Shown: one piece after another, positions 50,808-64,000 of the stretch | Layout: each line of letters starts with the position of its first letter | How positions within the stretch are numbered: position 1 is the stretch's first letter | DNA from: Ramazzottius varieornatus | Taxonomy: Eukaryota; Animalia; Tardigrada | DNA: 64,000 bases | Direction: 5' to 3' | Assembly: GCA_001949185.1 (NCBI GenBank) | Contig: BDGG01000006.1 | Coordinates: 1,966,827-2,030,826 of the forward strand | Program-made: the position numbers and the translations under genes | Notes under the pieces: model-generated | Databases searched by the model: none | What the model saw: only the letters and a program-made list of their open reading frames with translations | Told to the model about the DNA's origin: nothing

Positions 50808-51676
50808 CACTGAGCCCCATAAATCTTTGTTATTCGGCCTTCTCGTTCAAATCTCCGCTTCTACTCGACCGATTCTCATTATTCAAATAACGTTACAGAG
50901 GAAAAGGTTTCTTCTTCTAGGTCACATGACCGATCTCCAGTTTCGTCAATGAATTAACTCTTGGCATTCAGCTGCGAACCACCCGAATTAGGTGTTTCTT
51001 GACGTCCTCTCAAGTTCGTCATCTTTCCCAAAACGATACATCCTACACATCATTGAACTGGGCAGACATTCAGCTCTCGAATGAGCATGCGTGATAAGTT
51101 TCTGGAGCTTGCGCCAAAGGTTTTGCTAGTATGCCCTTACGGGTCTTTCGGTGCATGAAGCACAATGGACTGACTTCTTTGTTCAAGACTTTCCGCTGTT
51201 CTTGGCGAAACCATCCGGAACTGCAGTCTCCGCTCGTTTTAGTGATGGTTTCATCGTATTGTCACGGGTTCTGGTTCATTACGCAAGGAATAAATCGTTT
51301 TCAGTTGGGTTCGATGTTTATCCAAGAAACTTCCTAGTTTACATATTAGCACAACTTTCGCCACAGTGCTCCAAAAAATATGACGCATGGTTATTCGAGA
51401 GCTCAGTGTTTGCTCAGTTCACTGATAGGCAGGATGTATGGTTTTGGGAAACATGACGAACTTGAGAGGAGGTCAAGATACACCTAATTTGGGTGGTTCG
51501 CAGTCTGAATGCCAGGAGTCGATTCTTTGATGAAACTGAATGTCGGTCATGTGACCTAGAAGAAGAAACCTCTTTCTCTATAACGGTATTTGAGCAATGA
51601 GAATCGGTTAAGTGAAAGCGGAGATATGAACTTTCGAACAAGAAGGCCGAATAACCAAGACTCACGGGGCTCAGTG
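50808..51676. mobile_element. Non-autonomous Tc1/mariner-type element with very long (~330-bp) TIRs and TA TSD
   Basis: TA|CACTGAGCCCC ... GGGGCTCAGTG|TA; 50808-~51133 aligns in reverse complement with ~51343-51676 (e.g. GGTTTCTTCTTCTAGGTCACATGACCGA / TCGGTCATGTGACCTAGAAGAAGAAACC). Confidence 0.85.
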
Positions 51677-52596
51677 TACGTGACGATGCACGCCGTACGT
51701 GTTTGAACAGGCATGTGCTGTCTCAGTCGATTTATGCGGCAAGAATGACAGCGCTTGGACGGCATTCTGAACCGTACCTTCTGTCCAGTTTTGCGTAGCA
51801 GATTATCGATGTAGCTGACCACGTACCTCAGATCTGACACCGGATCAGGCGTAAATGTCAGTACACATCCAGTGACGTCGCTTGAAATGCTCTCCTTTGT
51901 GTATCTCAAAAGCCGCCCATACGCCTCCGGTGCATTTGTGTCCCTGTAACCAGTGCGCTCCTCACTGTGGAATAGTCTTATAATGGGTGGCCCGTTTGAG
52001 TCATGGACAACGGCAAATGGCAGACGATTCTTTTGGACCACCTCCACCGTTTCTTCGTAGCTAAGTGCTATCAAGCTTCTCGATGAAAACAAACTGCTTG
52101 AAGGCGAAATCTCCGAGAGCGATCGGGCTTCGTCCCCGAAAACGTAGCGATCTTCGTCATAGGCAATAAAGTCCCGAAGAGTCAAGATCGTTTTCATCCA
52201 CCCTTTCCTGCACACCGCTACACGGATGTTGCTTGACTCCAGGTCAATCCCCACGATTTCGGCGGACATTTTTTACTTAGAACGAAACGGAAAAATTGTA
52301 GAACAAATTGTAAAAAAATCATATTACCACTTTCCGAAGCTTTCCGCGGAGAATTCATGAAGAGGTCAGCCCATCCGTCGTCCACGGTGCGTTCTGTTGA
52401 ACAAATATACCTGGTAATGTGAATAATTTTAGCACTCTCCTTCCGTGTCCAAATTTTGGCACACGCAATTTTAACAGGCACGCGCAGAGCACTACCGAAA
52501 ATCTATAAGAATAGTATAATTTAATCTCGAGAAGGGGGCACGTACGGATAGAATGAGTGTTAATTCCGTTAACTCCGGGATAGTTTTCAGTAATGA

Positions 52597-54116
52597 TTGG
52601 CGTCGCCGTTCTCGGAAAGAGCAGAAAGAAATCTCTCTGCGGCTAGCTTCAAACGGAAGAAAGCTCGAGCGTGGACTGTGGGAAGCGCAGAACGGTGGAT
52701 CGAGCTGCTCAGTGAGCTAGAAGCGCAAGGCTACCTGTCAAATCCCGAAGGAATGATTAAGCGAGATGAGTCCAGCTTCATTCTTGTATTCGAGAGGAAG
52801 AAGATGTTTACGGAGAAGAGAAAGAAACACACTAGGCTCAACACGGGACCGAGTAACCACGCTGTTCTGCGAAGATGCAGCTGGCCGTATGTTCAAGCCG
52901 TTGGTTCTCTTCGACGAAAAGATGCATGTGGGTAGCATGTACGAGAACACGAACGACAAACTGTATATTGCGGTTAATCGGTCGGGAACAATGGACTACA
53001 AAGTGCTGGCTGACTACTTCCGACAGGAAGTGTTACCAAACGCTGCAGATAAGAACGCTCCACTTCATTAGTATGGATGGACATTACAGTCACATCCTCA
53101 AAATCCGGCTCTTCAAGGTCTGCATCGAGTCTGGCAAAGATATCCGTCTTGTATGTCTTCCTTCCGGTCAGACGGATAAGCTACAGCTGTTAGACAGCAG
53201 TCCGTTCGGAACCTTGAAGCCAAAATGGTCATCCTACAAGTCGTTCTATTCAATATCCACAGCTCGAGGTAAAACCAACATGATTGAGTTTGCTGTACGA
53301 CCAGAGGTGGCTGGAATTATGAAGAAGGTACACAATTTGGCTTTCTTCTACGGAGTTTCCATGGATTATCAGTCACGGTTGGACCTGAAACAACTTCGTA
53401 GAAAAAGGCCACATGGCATACCTTTTTAGTACTTCCAGCACCCTCTGTATACGACGTTGACCAATGAACAAATTTTCCAACACCCAGTTTTTGAAATCCA
53501 GGTAACTCAAGACACGTTTTCTGGACATTTGGCGGAGCTATGTACTCCGTCAACCAGCCGATTTTCTGTCGAACTCGAAGCCTCCTTGAAAAGCGGTTTC
53601 CGGAAGACCTCGACATCTTTCGCGCAACGGTCGACAAAGAGCTGGTCAAGTTCGACGCACAATGGATGCCAGAGATAAGCTGAGAAAGTTCCCCCTTGAA
53701 GAGGTAACGGACGATCTACGTTCCGACGGGGTGAGAATGAGTGGTGTCATGGCGGAAGCCAGTCTTGAGTCAATCAGTAACATTTTGGCCGGCTATAAGA
53801 CTGCGGCGGTTACGGTTGTTGCTGCAGCAGGGAAGACATTTGTTTTCTATAAACCGAAGAAGCAACGAAAGACGAGAAATACTCGGATTACGGTCGAGAC
53901 AGGCAGAAACATGCTGAACAGTGAATATATTCAGGCAACTGAGGAGCATCTCAGGTTACGAATGGGTCCGAGCACAACTACATCCCAGAGGCGTGAAGAG
54001 AGGAAATGAAGAGAGATGGCTAAAGAACTTTCTCCATCTACAAGATTCCACCGCAAGACATTTCTTCGCCATCTGAACTATCGATATTTGAGTTAGTAAA
54101 ATTGTGCTCGCTCCGG
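52597..54116 (+). mobile_element. pogo-like DDE_1 transposase pseudogene (5'-truncated)
   Basis: Frameshifted fragments MIKRDESSF, RVTTLFCEDAAGRMFKPLVLF, NRSGTMD, MDGHYSH, CLPSGQTDKLQLLDSSPFGTLKPKW; possible right end ...GCTCGCTCCGG|TA at 54116. Confidence 0.8.
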
Positions 54117-55938
54117 TACGAGGATCAGAGCCTTACTTTTCTAACGGGAATACTTTGCTAACTCAAATGCTGCAGGCGGCGCGGCCATGTGTCTGATTCT
54201 GCTGAACATGTTCTACCGCTATATGGCAACCGACCAAGAGTTCCGATTTTCGATAGAAATGACGGCAGGTATCAACGTGCAACTACCACACAAGCAATTT
54301 ATTCCTACTGTTGATGTCACATGCGATGTCACATGCGATGACAATATGTTTTCGCTCGAAAGTTAGCAAAGTTTTCGCCGTTCTGACTTTGAATAGAAAC
54401 CAGCCGTACAGTCTTAAGCACGCTGTGTAACCCTCGCGTGATTTCTGCTTGTTGCTTCATATATGTGGCTAACTGGATCAGCTGATTCTGAGCTGCATTA
54501 CGCCTTCTGCAGAAAGCGTGCTCCTTAATATCGTCAGCCATCTTCAAACGTTCTTGCTTCCTGAATTATATCCGCCTCGATCTGTCACCTATTTCCGGTT
54601 CAAGATACTTCAGACTGAAGAAAAGCGTTGGGACAAATTTGCGAATTAATTTGACAATTTTTGGTCGGAAGACTTCCGAGAAAAATGTCAGACAAGTACT
54701 CGCCAGTTCGGCGAGTTAGAAAAGTTAGGCTCTGATACTCGTACAATAGTGATCTAAATTCTATAACAAATGGGTATCGGCGGTTCAATTTTCTAACAAT
54801 GGGCTACCGACCAAATTGTTCAGGAATTGACTTGAATTTTGGGACCCCAAGGGTAAAGTTGAACTAGTGATGCAGTCAGGAGTAACAGACATCGGAGAGT
54901 ATGATACTTGGGTTCACTTGGCCGTCTGACCAGTTGCCAGATGGTTATGCCAGTTGCTCGAGGGGTTTGAAATTCCAAGTGTAAATGTTCTACCGTCAAA
55001 GCGAAGTCGTACAGCGTGAGAATGCACCGGTTCGGACGCAAAACTCCCGGGTGGGAATATTTCAGCTGGTGATTACCCCCAGATTTTCTGGAGAATCCTC
55101 CGAGAAGGGCGAACAGTTTTGTGAGACTTTGAGCCACGGCGAACTACGGCAGACTTACCGCGCGATCCCCTTCGACATGCATGACAGCCCCATGTCGAAA
55201 AAGGGCACTTTGGAAACAAGAACCGTTGTTAAAAAATGGGGCCGCCACGGCTTAAATAGGGCAAGATGTGGTTATACCTCGTACGTATAAGTTCTTGTTG
55301 GACGGTGATGCCACCTGCACCGGGCTTTTGCCGGCATGGTGCAGTTACGCGTCGGTCGGTCATGGATGGGGTGTTCATTGCTGCCGACTTTCGAACAAGC
55401 CAGAGCGAGAGCCTTGTAATCAAGTACGAATGTAAACATCCCATTAGATTGTAACAGTGGCACCATGGTCTATTTCAAATTCGCAGTGGTGACACTGATT
55501 AGATTACAGACATTAAGCTGCCACCGCCAGATTAAAGTCCCACTGTAGCTAAGATGAGTTGCAACGTCACTCATAGGCGCAGCAGGTGATCAGGACTTTG
55601 AATAGTTGGGCAGCCACCATGCTTCCCAATGCTAGCCAACCGTAACTCGGGTTACGCTATTTTTCAAAGATAAGGGGAGCTCCGGAAAGCAAAATGTAGT
55701 TACACGTCACGAAAGGGACGGAGCAAGGCCGTAGCTACAGTTGCAAAGTGAACGGGAGTGGCAACTTAATCTCTATATTGTCGACGGCTCGGCTATCGGA
55801 AGTGCCTGGTCTGTAATGTTATTACGTTTATAGAGTGCAAAATCGTTCTTCCACCGCGCGATAGTTCGCCGTCCACTCGACAGCTCAGGAGCTCTTCTCC
55901 GTTCCAGCGGTACTTGTAAGTGATCATCCGGCTCCAAA

Positions 55939-57589
<1,651 letters not shown>

Positions 57590-57821
57590 ATCCATAAATT
57601 ACCTAAATCATGTGCTTAGACAACTGTTCAGTCTTGGCTGCAATTTTCAAATCGTAAGTGGTCTGCTATAGTCTTCCTCAGTTTTTGACAATTTTGCCCA
57701 TCAGTCGCGCTTTTGAGCGATCGATTGTTGGCGCAAAATAGCACGGCATTTATTTCGATAACGTACAACAGTAGCTGGGTCGCGTGCCACCGCGGTGTGA
57801 TATTTTCAATTTGTAACACTA

Positions 57822-57892
57822 GGGGCAGTGGTAGTGTTGAGGACCTCATGGAACACTGTAATGGGCAGTGGTAGTGTTGAGGACCTCATGGA
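57822..57892. repeat. Tandem duplication of a 30-bp unit
   Basis: GGGCAGTGGTAGTGTTGAGGACCTCATGGA at ~57822 and ~57863. Confidence 0.8.
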
Positions 57893-58009
57893 TGAACTAA
57901 ATATACCATCTCTTCCCGCTGAAACCGATATCCCAGCTTTCACGTTCATCAAGCTACAGAAAGAAGGAAGAATCTCTATGTACGATCTTCCATTTTCGTT
58001 GTTCGAGAT

Positions 58010-58350
58010 TTGCTGTCACCGGATTTCTGGTCTGGTAGTTAGCAGTTATCTCCATGTTATCAACTCTCCCGGATTTTCCACCATTCGGCATATTAAAATA
58101 CAGCTTCAAACATTTTCCATGTGCAAGAGCAGTTTCGAGATTTTCGTACCTCGCGATTTTTGAGTATTTTCCGGGACTTCAGTTGCCCGACATTTGCTGC
58201 CACCAGGATTTGCTACCTCAGAGATTTCAGTTCAACGGGATTTTTCATGATATTACTGGCTTTGGGTTACCCGAGATATAGTGCCACCGGAACTGCATCC
58301 CGGAAATACTGGATCGCGGGATATTGGAATCCGGGAATTTCGAAGCGCTA
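58010..58350. repeat. Degenerate short CCGGGA(T)-like repeat array, probably a transposon subterminal region
   Basis: Recurrent CCGGATTT / CCGGGAC / CGGGATT / CCCGAGAT / CCGGGAATTTC motifs ending at GAAGCGCTA. Confidence 0.4.
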
Positions 58351-59046
58351 CTATATAGCTTCTCTGAAAAACAACGTTAAATGTCGAACTTATAGTGTTA
58401 CAAAGAGGCTGGTAAATAAGGTCGGACCGTACCGCCGATATAAGCTCTTGAACTTCTACCAACAGCAATTACTTATTTGTATACAAGCCGACTTAGCAAC
58501 TTCAAAAGGTTTCACCCACTAGATACCGCAAAAAGCTTTTATAAAAGCCCCCCCCCCCAATTATCAGAGCCATCAACCATGTCTGGAAACGAGATAATGT
58601 AACCTCAACAGTGAACAGGAAGGAGGGAACCCTCCGTACGGTCAACAGACGGGTCATTCGACTATACCAGGAGAAGTCCCTTAATCTCCGCGCAGCAGGC
58701 CGGACAGTACGGACCATCCCTCTTGAAAATCTCCCCGGCCCACTCTTAGCACGTACTGTAAACGACGTTGTCTCGATTGATTCCGGAGCGTCCAGCAATG
58801 CATTTCCACGACTTGAGGCTGTCGATAATGAAAGTATGAGAGTGACGATGAAATTCAGATTCTAGCGTGGTGGAAAGCTATGCAGTCTCTGTCGACTTCC
58901 GGTAACGATGGTCGTAGTGTGCTGTCTGCTGATGTCAACAAGATTGAGAGTGAAGACGATGAGGGTGACTGGATGTCAAATTTTGCACGAGTTTCGGAAG
59001 GCAAGAGTGGTCTGTTGTTTGGAAATGAAACTTGACACTTTAGTTT

Positions 59047-59811
59047 TTATTTCTTCCAGAAGACGACCTGACTAATGACACTGGTAGAGAAAGTGGTGAC
59101 GGCAGTACTTGCGTTGGTAGTGTACCGGAAATGCTGCTGGCGGAATGTGGTCAGCAGGCTTCGGATGACTACCCCGATATGCGATGGTCGTTCATGAAAT
59201 AATGTCCAGGTATGTGTCTTGACTTTGCAGCATCGCTTGGGATAATCAATAACCAGACCACCGTCGGTCGGAGTGATTCCAACACCTGTTCCCTGAATAT
59301 CAATGCCAATGGTTCCGGAAACAATAATATTGACAAACGTCATCGATCCAACGACCAAACGCGGTGGATTACTTACCTGGGTCACTATTTACTCCACGGG
59401 TTCCTCCGCCAACAGTTTCGACGCCTGTGCCTGTGTTGAACCCTGTACCACCAGTGGCCCCATTGAGAACAAGTCCGACACTGGGACCGATGGTGGTGAT
59501 GTTAGCTCCGTTCCCGTTGATAAGAATGAGGGTTCCCCCACTGCCAAACGTTATACCCAGTCCATTTCCCAAGCTCAGGAAGCTGCTCGTCGTAGTTGAT
59601 TCGTTGACACCAGCATTCGGTACGTTGGAGTTAGTGTTGGTGTCCCCGTTACCGTTACCGTTACCGTTACCGTTTCCCGCAGTTCCATTGGCTGTCCCGT
59701 AAACAGATCACCAACCACCATATCCGCTACCGTAAGTACCGGTGTTTTGAGCCTGTACAAGTGTCACGACACAGGATGCCGAGAAGATGAACTTAGTGTG
59801 AGTGCCATCAT
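59047..59811 (-). pseudogene. Gly/Asn/Thr-rich secreted-protein-like gene, apparently disrupted
   Basis: Signal-like MMALTL/(frameshift)FIFSASCVVTLVQAQ, in-frame TGA at 59708-59710, then GTAGNGNGNGNGNGDTNTNS...GLGITFGSGGTLILINGNG..., continuing in another frame as IIVSGTIGIDIQGTGVGIT. Confidence 0.45.
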
Positions 59812-60586
59812 CCTTTCTTACCGAAAATTTTGGGTATTTGACTCTCGGCTTGTTTTGTATTTTAGTGTCTGTCGTTTCGGAATTAGACTTTAATCCAGGT
59901 AAAACCAAATCGCAATATAACAGACTCATTATGTATCCCCAGTGTCGCTTCCATACTATAGTGGATCTAATTAGAATCCGGTTGCCCATGTTAGTTCTAT
60001 GGCTGCAGCGGAAATCCAATACCGCATTATCAATTATACATGTATCAGAAGCAACACTGTGTATCCGCACGAGGACTCACGGGGAATACAAAGGGAGGAC
60101 AGGATTAATACATCGACTGTATTTCCACCGGTGTACGCTAAAAGATTTACCTAGTGATTTCTGTTTGGCTGATTATTGATTACTTCCCGGTTAGCCGTTT
60201 GTGTTCTGATTTCTTGCTGTGCCTAGTAGCTGACTTTGTACTGATCGAGCGAGCCGGAAATGTATTACTGATCATTACTTTACTGTACTGTAAGATAGAA
60301 TCAAAATGAACTAAAAAGACCGGAAAACTCCTGCAGGAAGCGATAAAAAGATCAAATTTGACACCAGACCAAGCATAGAGACCATAGGAAATAATATGCT
60401 AAAAGGCAGATTAAAAGCACCTGTTCACATCACGATGAACGATAGAAACGATCACGATAGAATTTGATCCCGCCAAAAACAAAAAGATTACGTAACAAGA
60501 TTCAACGATCAACGGCACCAAACTCAGACAACAGTTTCGAGATAATTTAGTCAACAAGAGGTGAAACAATCTGAGACAAAACAGGT

Positions 60587-61192
60587 TCATCTTGTTCCAT
60601 TTCCCGCCTGCCTTGCGAGATTCTTTCCGCAGCAGCAGGTTGACCACGACCGATCGATTTTTCCGCTTACCGACTTCCGGCTTACTGACGCGTCGGTGTT
60701 TTCCTCTGACGGCGACAAATTCGTAGTCGTCGTGTGAGCTTCGGGTTCGCATTCAGATCCGGCGTATCGCTCCGGATGCTCGATGCGTTCAGTGCGCCGG
60801 CCAGTCGTGAGGGAAGGAAAGTAACCCTTCTGTCCAGCTTTTAGCAAGGCCAAGACGTAGCTGTTTATTGCCAGCGTGAAGTCTCGCTTGCTCTTTTCGT
60901 TGCTCTTCATGTCGAAAACTTCCTCGATATGGGCTGGAAGACCACTCAATGTCAAACAATCTAGCGTACGCATAAGTAGACCTGAAAGCTGCGGAGACGA
61001 GATGAGGCCGAGAAGACTAGAATGATCGACCACGTCGGAAACCGCTGACGTGGTCGCACATTCTTGTCTTCTCTGCCTCGTCTCATCTCCGCACTTTTCC
61101 GGATCGTCATTCTCCCGCAACAAACCGGTACCACTCCCTTCGATCCTGCAGGACAGATTATAGCCGGACCGGAAGAGCTTACCTTTAGCCAT
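60587..61192 (-). CDS. Hypothetical protein (201-aa ORF, gene structure unresolved)
   Basis: ATG-initiated long ORF with a helical-looking core (LLMRTLDCLTLSGLPAHIEEVF...INSYVLALLKAG); no family recognised. Confidence 0.3.
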   Translation of the reverse strand: MAKGKLFRSGYNLSCRIEGSGTGLLRENDDPEKCGDETRQRRQECATTSAVSDVVDHSSLLGLISSPQLSGLLMRTLDCLTLSGLPAHIEEVFDMKSNEKSKRDFTLAINSYVLALLKAGQKGYFPSLTTGRRTERIEHPERYAGSECEPEAHTTTTNLSPSEENTDASVSRKSVSGKIDRSWSTCCCGKNLARQAGNGTR

Positions 61193-62191
61193 GGCTGGCT
61201 CGTCTGGGAGTCCATCAGATTCCGGTGTGCTTGATCAGGTAAAACTCGCTTCCTCTTCTGGAAATTCACTTTCGACATGCTGTCACACAGATATCAACAG
61301 CTCATACAACTCGTTGACAGGAAAACAGGGGAAGTTCGAAGGGAAAAAAATCGGAGGAACTGAAAACTCGCAAGTGGATTCACTTCCGGTGCCTGACTGA
61401 TGAATCAAACAGCCAACCGCTTTCGACAATTTTATTGCCCCAGTGAAGAAAACCCCAACAATTTGGTCACACAATCAATCAAGCAAGGAAAGTCTAGCAA
61501 GGAATACAACCAGGAATGCATGTGGAAAAGTTAGACATTTGACGAGCAGGTGGAGCGTGCGCGGACTGCTATCGTGAAGTCCGACGTGGACCATCAAAAG
61601 ATAATGCACCTTTGAACCTGAACGGCTTAAACGAGACATGCCAGTTTTTTCCTGATCACCGGAAGCTCAGCTAATGTATTAAGATGCAACGAGCTTCCAC
61701 TGGCCGAAGTTGCGGTAGCGTCGGATCGATGTTCAAATTCAAGCGCTGACTGACCGGTTGCAGCATACAACGAGTTCCATACGGTTGGTCCCGTTATCAC
61801 TGTTCTAGTTTAACGACGAATGCTCTATGTCGAAACGTTTGAATCAAATCGAACAGCCGATCTGCAACTGTATTTTGGAACCTCGTTTTGACAAGGCGAA
61901 CAGATCGTGACATTAAGTTGGAAGAAGTCATGACCGTGAAGCTACAACAGTGCTCGAACTCAACAACACTCACAGCCATCGCGATCGGTGAACCAAGAAA
62001 AAAAGGTCCACCGAGGAAAAAAGTACTGGCTTGTTGGTGTTTCGCAAGTCTAATGTCGTTCGAGCCTCAAACGAAGTTCAACTGGAACATAACTTGCTCC
62101 TTCTCGCCAGAACTTACTTTTCCACTTGTCTCCTATAAATCGGTAGTATCCAGTTCTGGCATCGCGGATTCTTCAGTACGTGGTAAGATAG

Positions 62192-63361
62192 ATGGCTGTC
62201 GGCTTTTCTGGCTTATGCGCTACCGGGATCTGCGTGGCCTTGATCCTTGCTGGTAACGCATTCTCAAGGAGCGCGCATGACAATTCTCGCCAAAGGAGTA
62301 CGGCGCATTTAGCCTTTAGCTTGCTTGCCGATGAGCTGAAAGAATGTAGAACCGACACGGACTGCGTCGGTGTTGTCCATCCCCGCGTAGGACCCATGAC
62401 CAAGTGTATCGCGACGAAAGTTTGTTTTCCTCCGGACTCGGCGGACAACCGTGATCTACCACGTGAGTAGTTTTTTGTCATCCCCCAAATCAGTGCGAAC
62501 TTTCAACCTTTTTTAAACGAATTCATCCTTTCACCGCAGCTGGTTCCTGCTCAAGCCATCAGGACTGCGGCGCATACTTTATGTGTCTGCGGACCCAGTG
62601 CTTGTTCATTGGACCGAAAGGCTGCTCCACGGAAGCAGACTGTCCGCAGGGCTCCCCGCTGTTATTCGAGTGCGCAGAACGGTCCGGTTTGCCCGGAACG
62701 AAGTGCTACATCAGTAAGTCTTAAACATGTTTCTTTCGTTCAGATCGAAATCATAAAATTATCGGAGGGAGCGACCACGAGATTATTTGTGATTGAATCG
62801 CAGAATGCTCCACCGACGATGACTGCTACTTGTGCGATGGAACAATGTGCCATCACGCTTATGAGGAAACCGTCCAGCATTATGGCTGTTGTCAGGTACA
62901 TGGTTATCAATCTTAAGACGTCTATAGCAACCGAATCTGTGATGGTGGGATGTGTGACGTATCACACTTTCGGCCAACCGAAAGTATGGTGAGCCGGGCG
63001 AATCAAAAGTCCACAGTACTTTTACCGCGGGTGCANNNNNNNNNNNNNNNNNNNNNNNNNNNNNNNNNNNNNNNNNNNNNNNNNNCCGCGGTAAAAGTAC
63101 TGTGGACTTTTAGTTCGCCCGGCCCACCATACAGTACTGTCGGTTGGCCGGAAGTGTGATGCTCACACATCACAGCTCTGACCGTGTATATGTGTACCGA
63201 AAGTGTGATGCATCACACATCACACATTCGGTTGCCACAGGTGTCCTCTTTACGTCCTGACGGAAATAGAAAGACGAACTTTCAAAAGTTTCTTCCATCT
63301 CCAGGGCTTTTGTCAGAAGAAGAGGGCGTGCAGAAGACTGACGAGACTTCCGTACACATGA
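62192..63361 (+). CDS. Secreted Cys-rich protein with four C-x4-DC modules (~197 aa, 4 exons)
   Basis: Exons 62192-62462, 62540-62713, 62804-62895, 63305-63361 (594 nt, phases consistent). Signal peptide MAVGFSGLCATGICVALILAGNAFS; modules CRTDTDC, CSSHQDC, CSTEADC, CSTDDDC. Confidence 0.75.
62922..63240. mobile_element. Palindromic intronic MITE centred on an assembly gap
   Basis: AAAAGTCCACAGTACTTTTACCGCGG before the gap is mirrored by CCGCGGTAAAAGTACTGTGGACTTTT after it; outer arms GCAACCGAAT...CACACTTTCGG / CCGAAAGTGTG...ATTCGGTTGC. Confidence 0.75.
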
Positions 63362-63569
63362 AAAGACGGAAATGCCTCTTTGTGTACTTGGGAAGATTCG
63401 AAGGCAAAGAACTACCCATCCATTCTGCATCCCACTGTTTGCTGAGCTTCTCTATGGACCCACTGGACTTTTTTCCTATCATGTAACACTAGCAGTGAAA
63501 ATGGGTGCACGGACTATCAGCCATACCGCAACTCTGCACTTCAATTAATGCCATACATTGAATTTATTT

Positions 63570-64000
63570 TTATTGTTCTACAACGAGATAGTGATGTGAA
63601 CCATACTTTCGTGCAATAAAAAAAGAGATACCACTGAGTAAAATAATTGGGATGATACAAAATAGTAAAACAAAGAACCAGTCTCTGGCTTTACAGAAAG
63701 AAGCCACTTCCACCAGTTCAGCCACTTCCTGGTTGCTGTTTCCCACTCGTAGTATTAGCGCTTGATCGAAGGCAAAGTCCAGCGTGAACAAACATTGATC
63801 TTGTTGCACGCATTCTGTCAGGACATTAACCCTCCCCGCCAAGTATGTTAGCTTATGACTAACCACTTCCATCAGATTCTTTCCGTTGTTCACCATGTTT
63901 GAACTGGATAACACGATGTACAGATCGGTGGGTGCGGTTGCAAGGAAGGGAATCCTTTGCCAGCCTTTGTGGATCACTGCTTCGTCAATGTCCTCTCCTG
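63570..64000 (-). CDS. C-terminal exon of a single-pass membrane protein (runs off the window)
   Basis: Frame open to the window edge; TM segment WFFVLLFCIIPIILLSGISFFIA followed by RK and a short tail YGSHHYLVVEQ*. Confidence 0.6.
   Translation of the reverse strand, partial: GEDIDEAVIHKGWQRIPFLATAPTDLYIVLSSSNMVNNGKNLMEVVSHKLTYLAGRVNVLTECVQQDQCLFTLDFAFDQALILRVGNSNQEVAELVEVASFCKARDWFFVLLFCIIPIILLSGISFFIARKYGSHHYLVVEQ

Larger units (their letters stand above)
48700..52269 (-). pseudogene. Highly divergent Hsp70-like pseudogene interrupted by MITEs
   Basis: 5' part 52269-~51778: IVGIDLESSNIRVAV, FIAYDEDRYVFGDEA, LPFAVV, APEAYGRLLRYTKE. 3' part ~49676-48700: RAAGLERVALI, VIIVDIGAR, LSGTEIDVLL, LRSLRIQCENTKINL, AETVAYGTAA, with stops and frameshifts. 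Joining the two parts is inferred. Confidence 0.65.

Noticed and set aside
50488-50952. Second, inverted Hsp70 copy (shared TYTEP..S.LFGLLV translation)
   Set aside because: The shared peptide is just the translated TIR of the 50808-51676 element.
54313-54340. GATGTCACATGC 12-bp tandem duplication
   Set aside because: Real but most simply a local slippage event; no functional context.

Overview
Eukaryotic (bilaterian invertebrate) genomic DNA with short GT-AG introns (mostly 55-130 nt) and three 50-N scaffold gaps; the compact gene structure and Hsp70-like expansion would fit a tardigrade-like genome, but that is inference only. Intact-looking spliced genes I could reconstruct with consistent intron phases: a ~1243-aa BTB/BACK protein (8167-12616 +), a GH35 beta-galactosidase (19323-16681 -), three tandem secreted Ly6/uPAR-like (three-finger, 10-Cys) genes carrying four domains (19870-23938 +), the NK2.2/vnd homeobox gene including a distant upstream coding exon (37263-30274 -), and a secreted Cys-rich protein (62192-63361 +). 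There is also a partly resolved rapunzel/cephalotoxin-like gene and the 3' end of a single-pass membrane protein gene. The flanks (1-8 kb and 38-59 kb) are transposon graveyards: hAT, pogo/DDE_1 and Tc4/Tc5-like elements and many MITE/foldback elements, plus a CRE-like LINE 3' fragment at ~16.1-16.6 kb. They contain an intron-bearing histone H2A pseudogene and three divergent, disrupted Hsp70-like copies. The ~24-38 kb interval around vnd has no recognisable transposons and carries many NK2-type sites. No rRNA, tRNA or CRISPR was recognised. Best candidates for new biology: the GPI-less three-finger cluster with Ala-rich helical tails (one with an RFamide-like motif), the Hsp70/transposon birth-and-death cluster, and the extended vnd gene model. 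All gene models were read by eye and no database searches were run.
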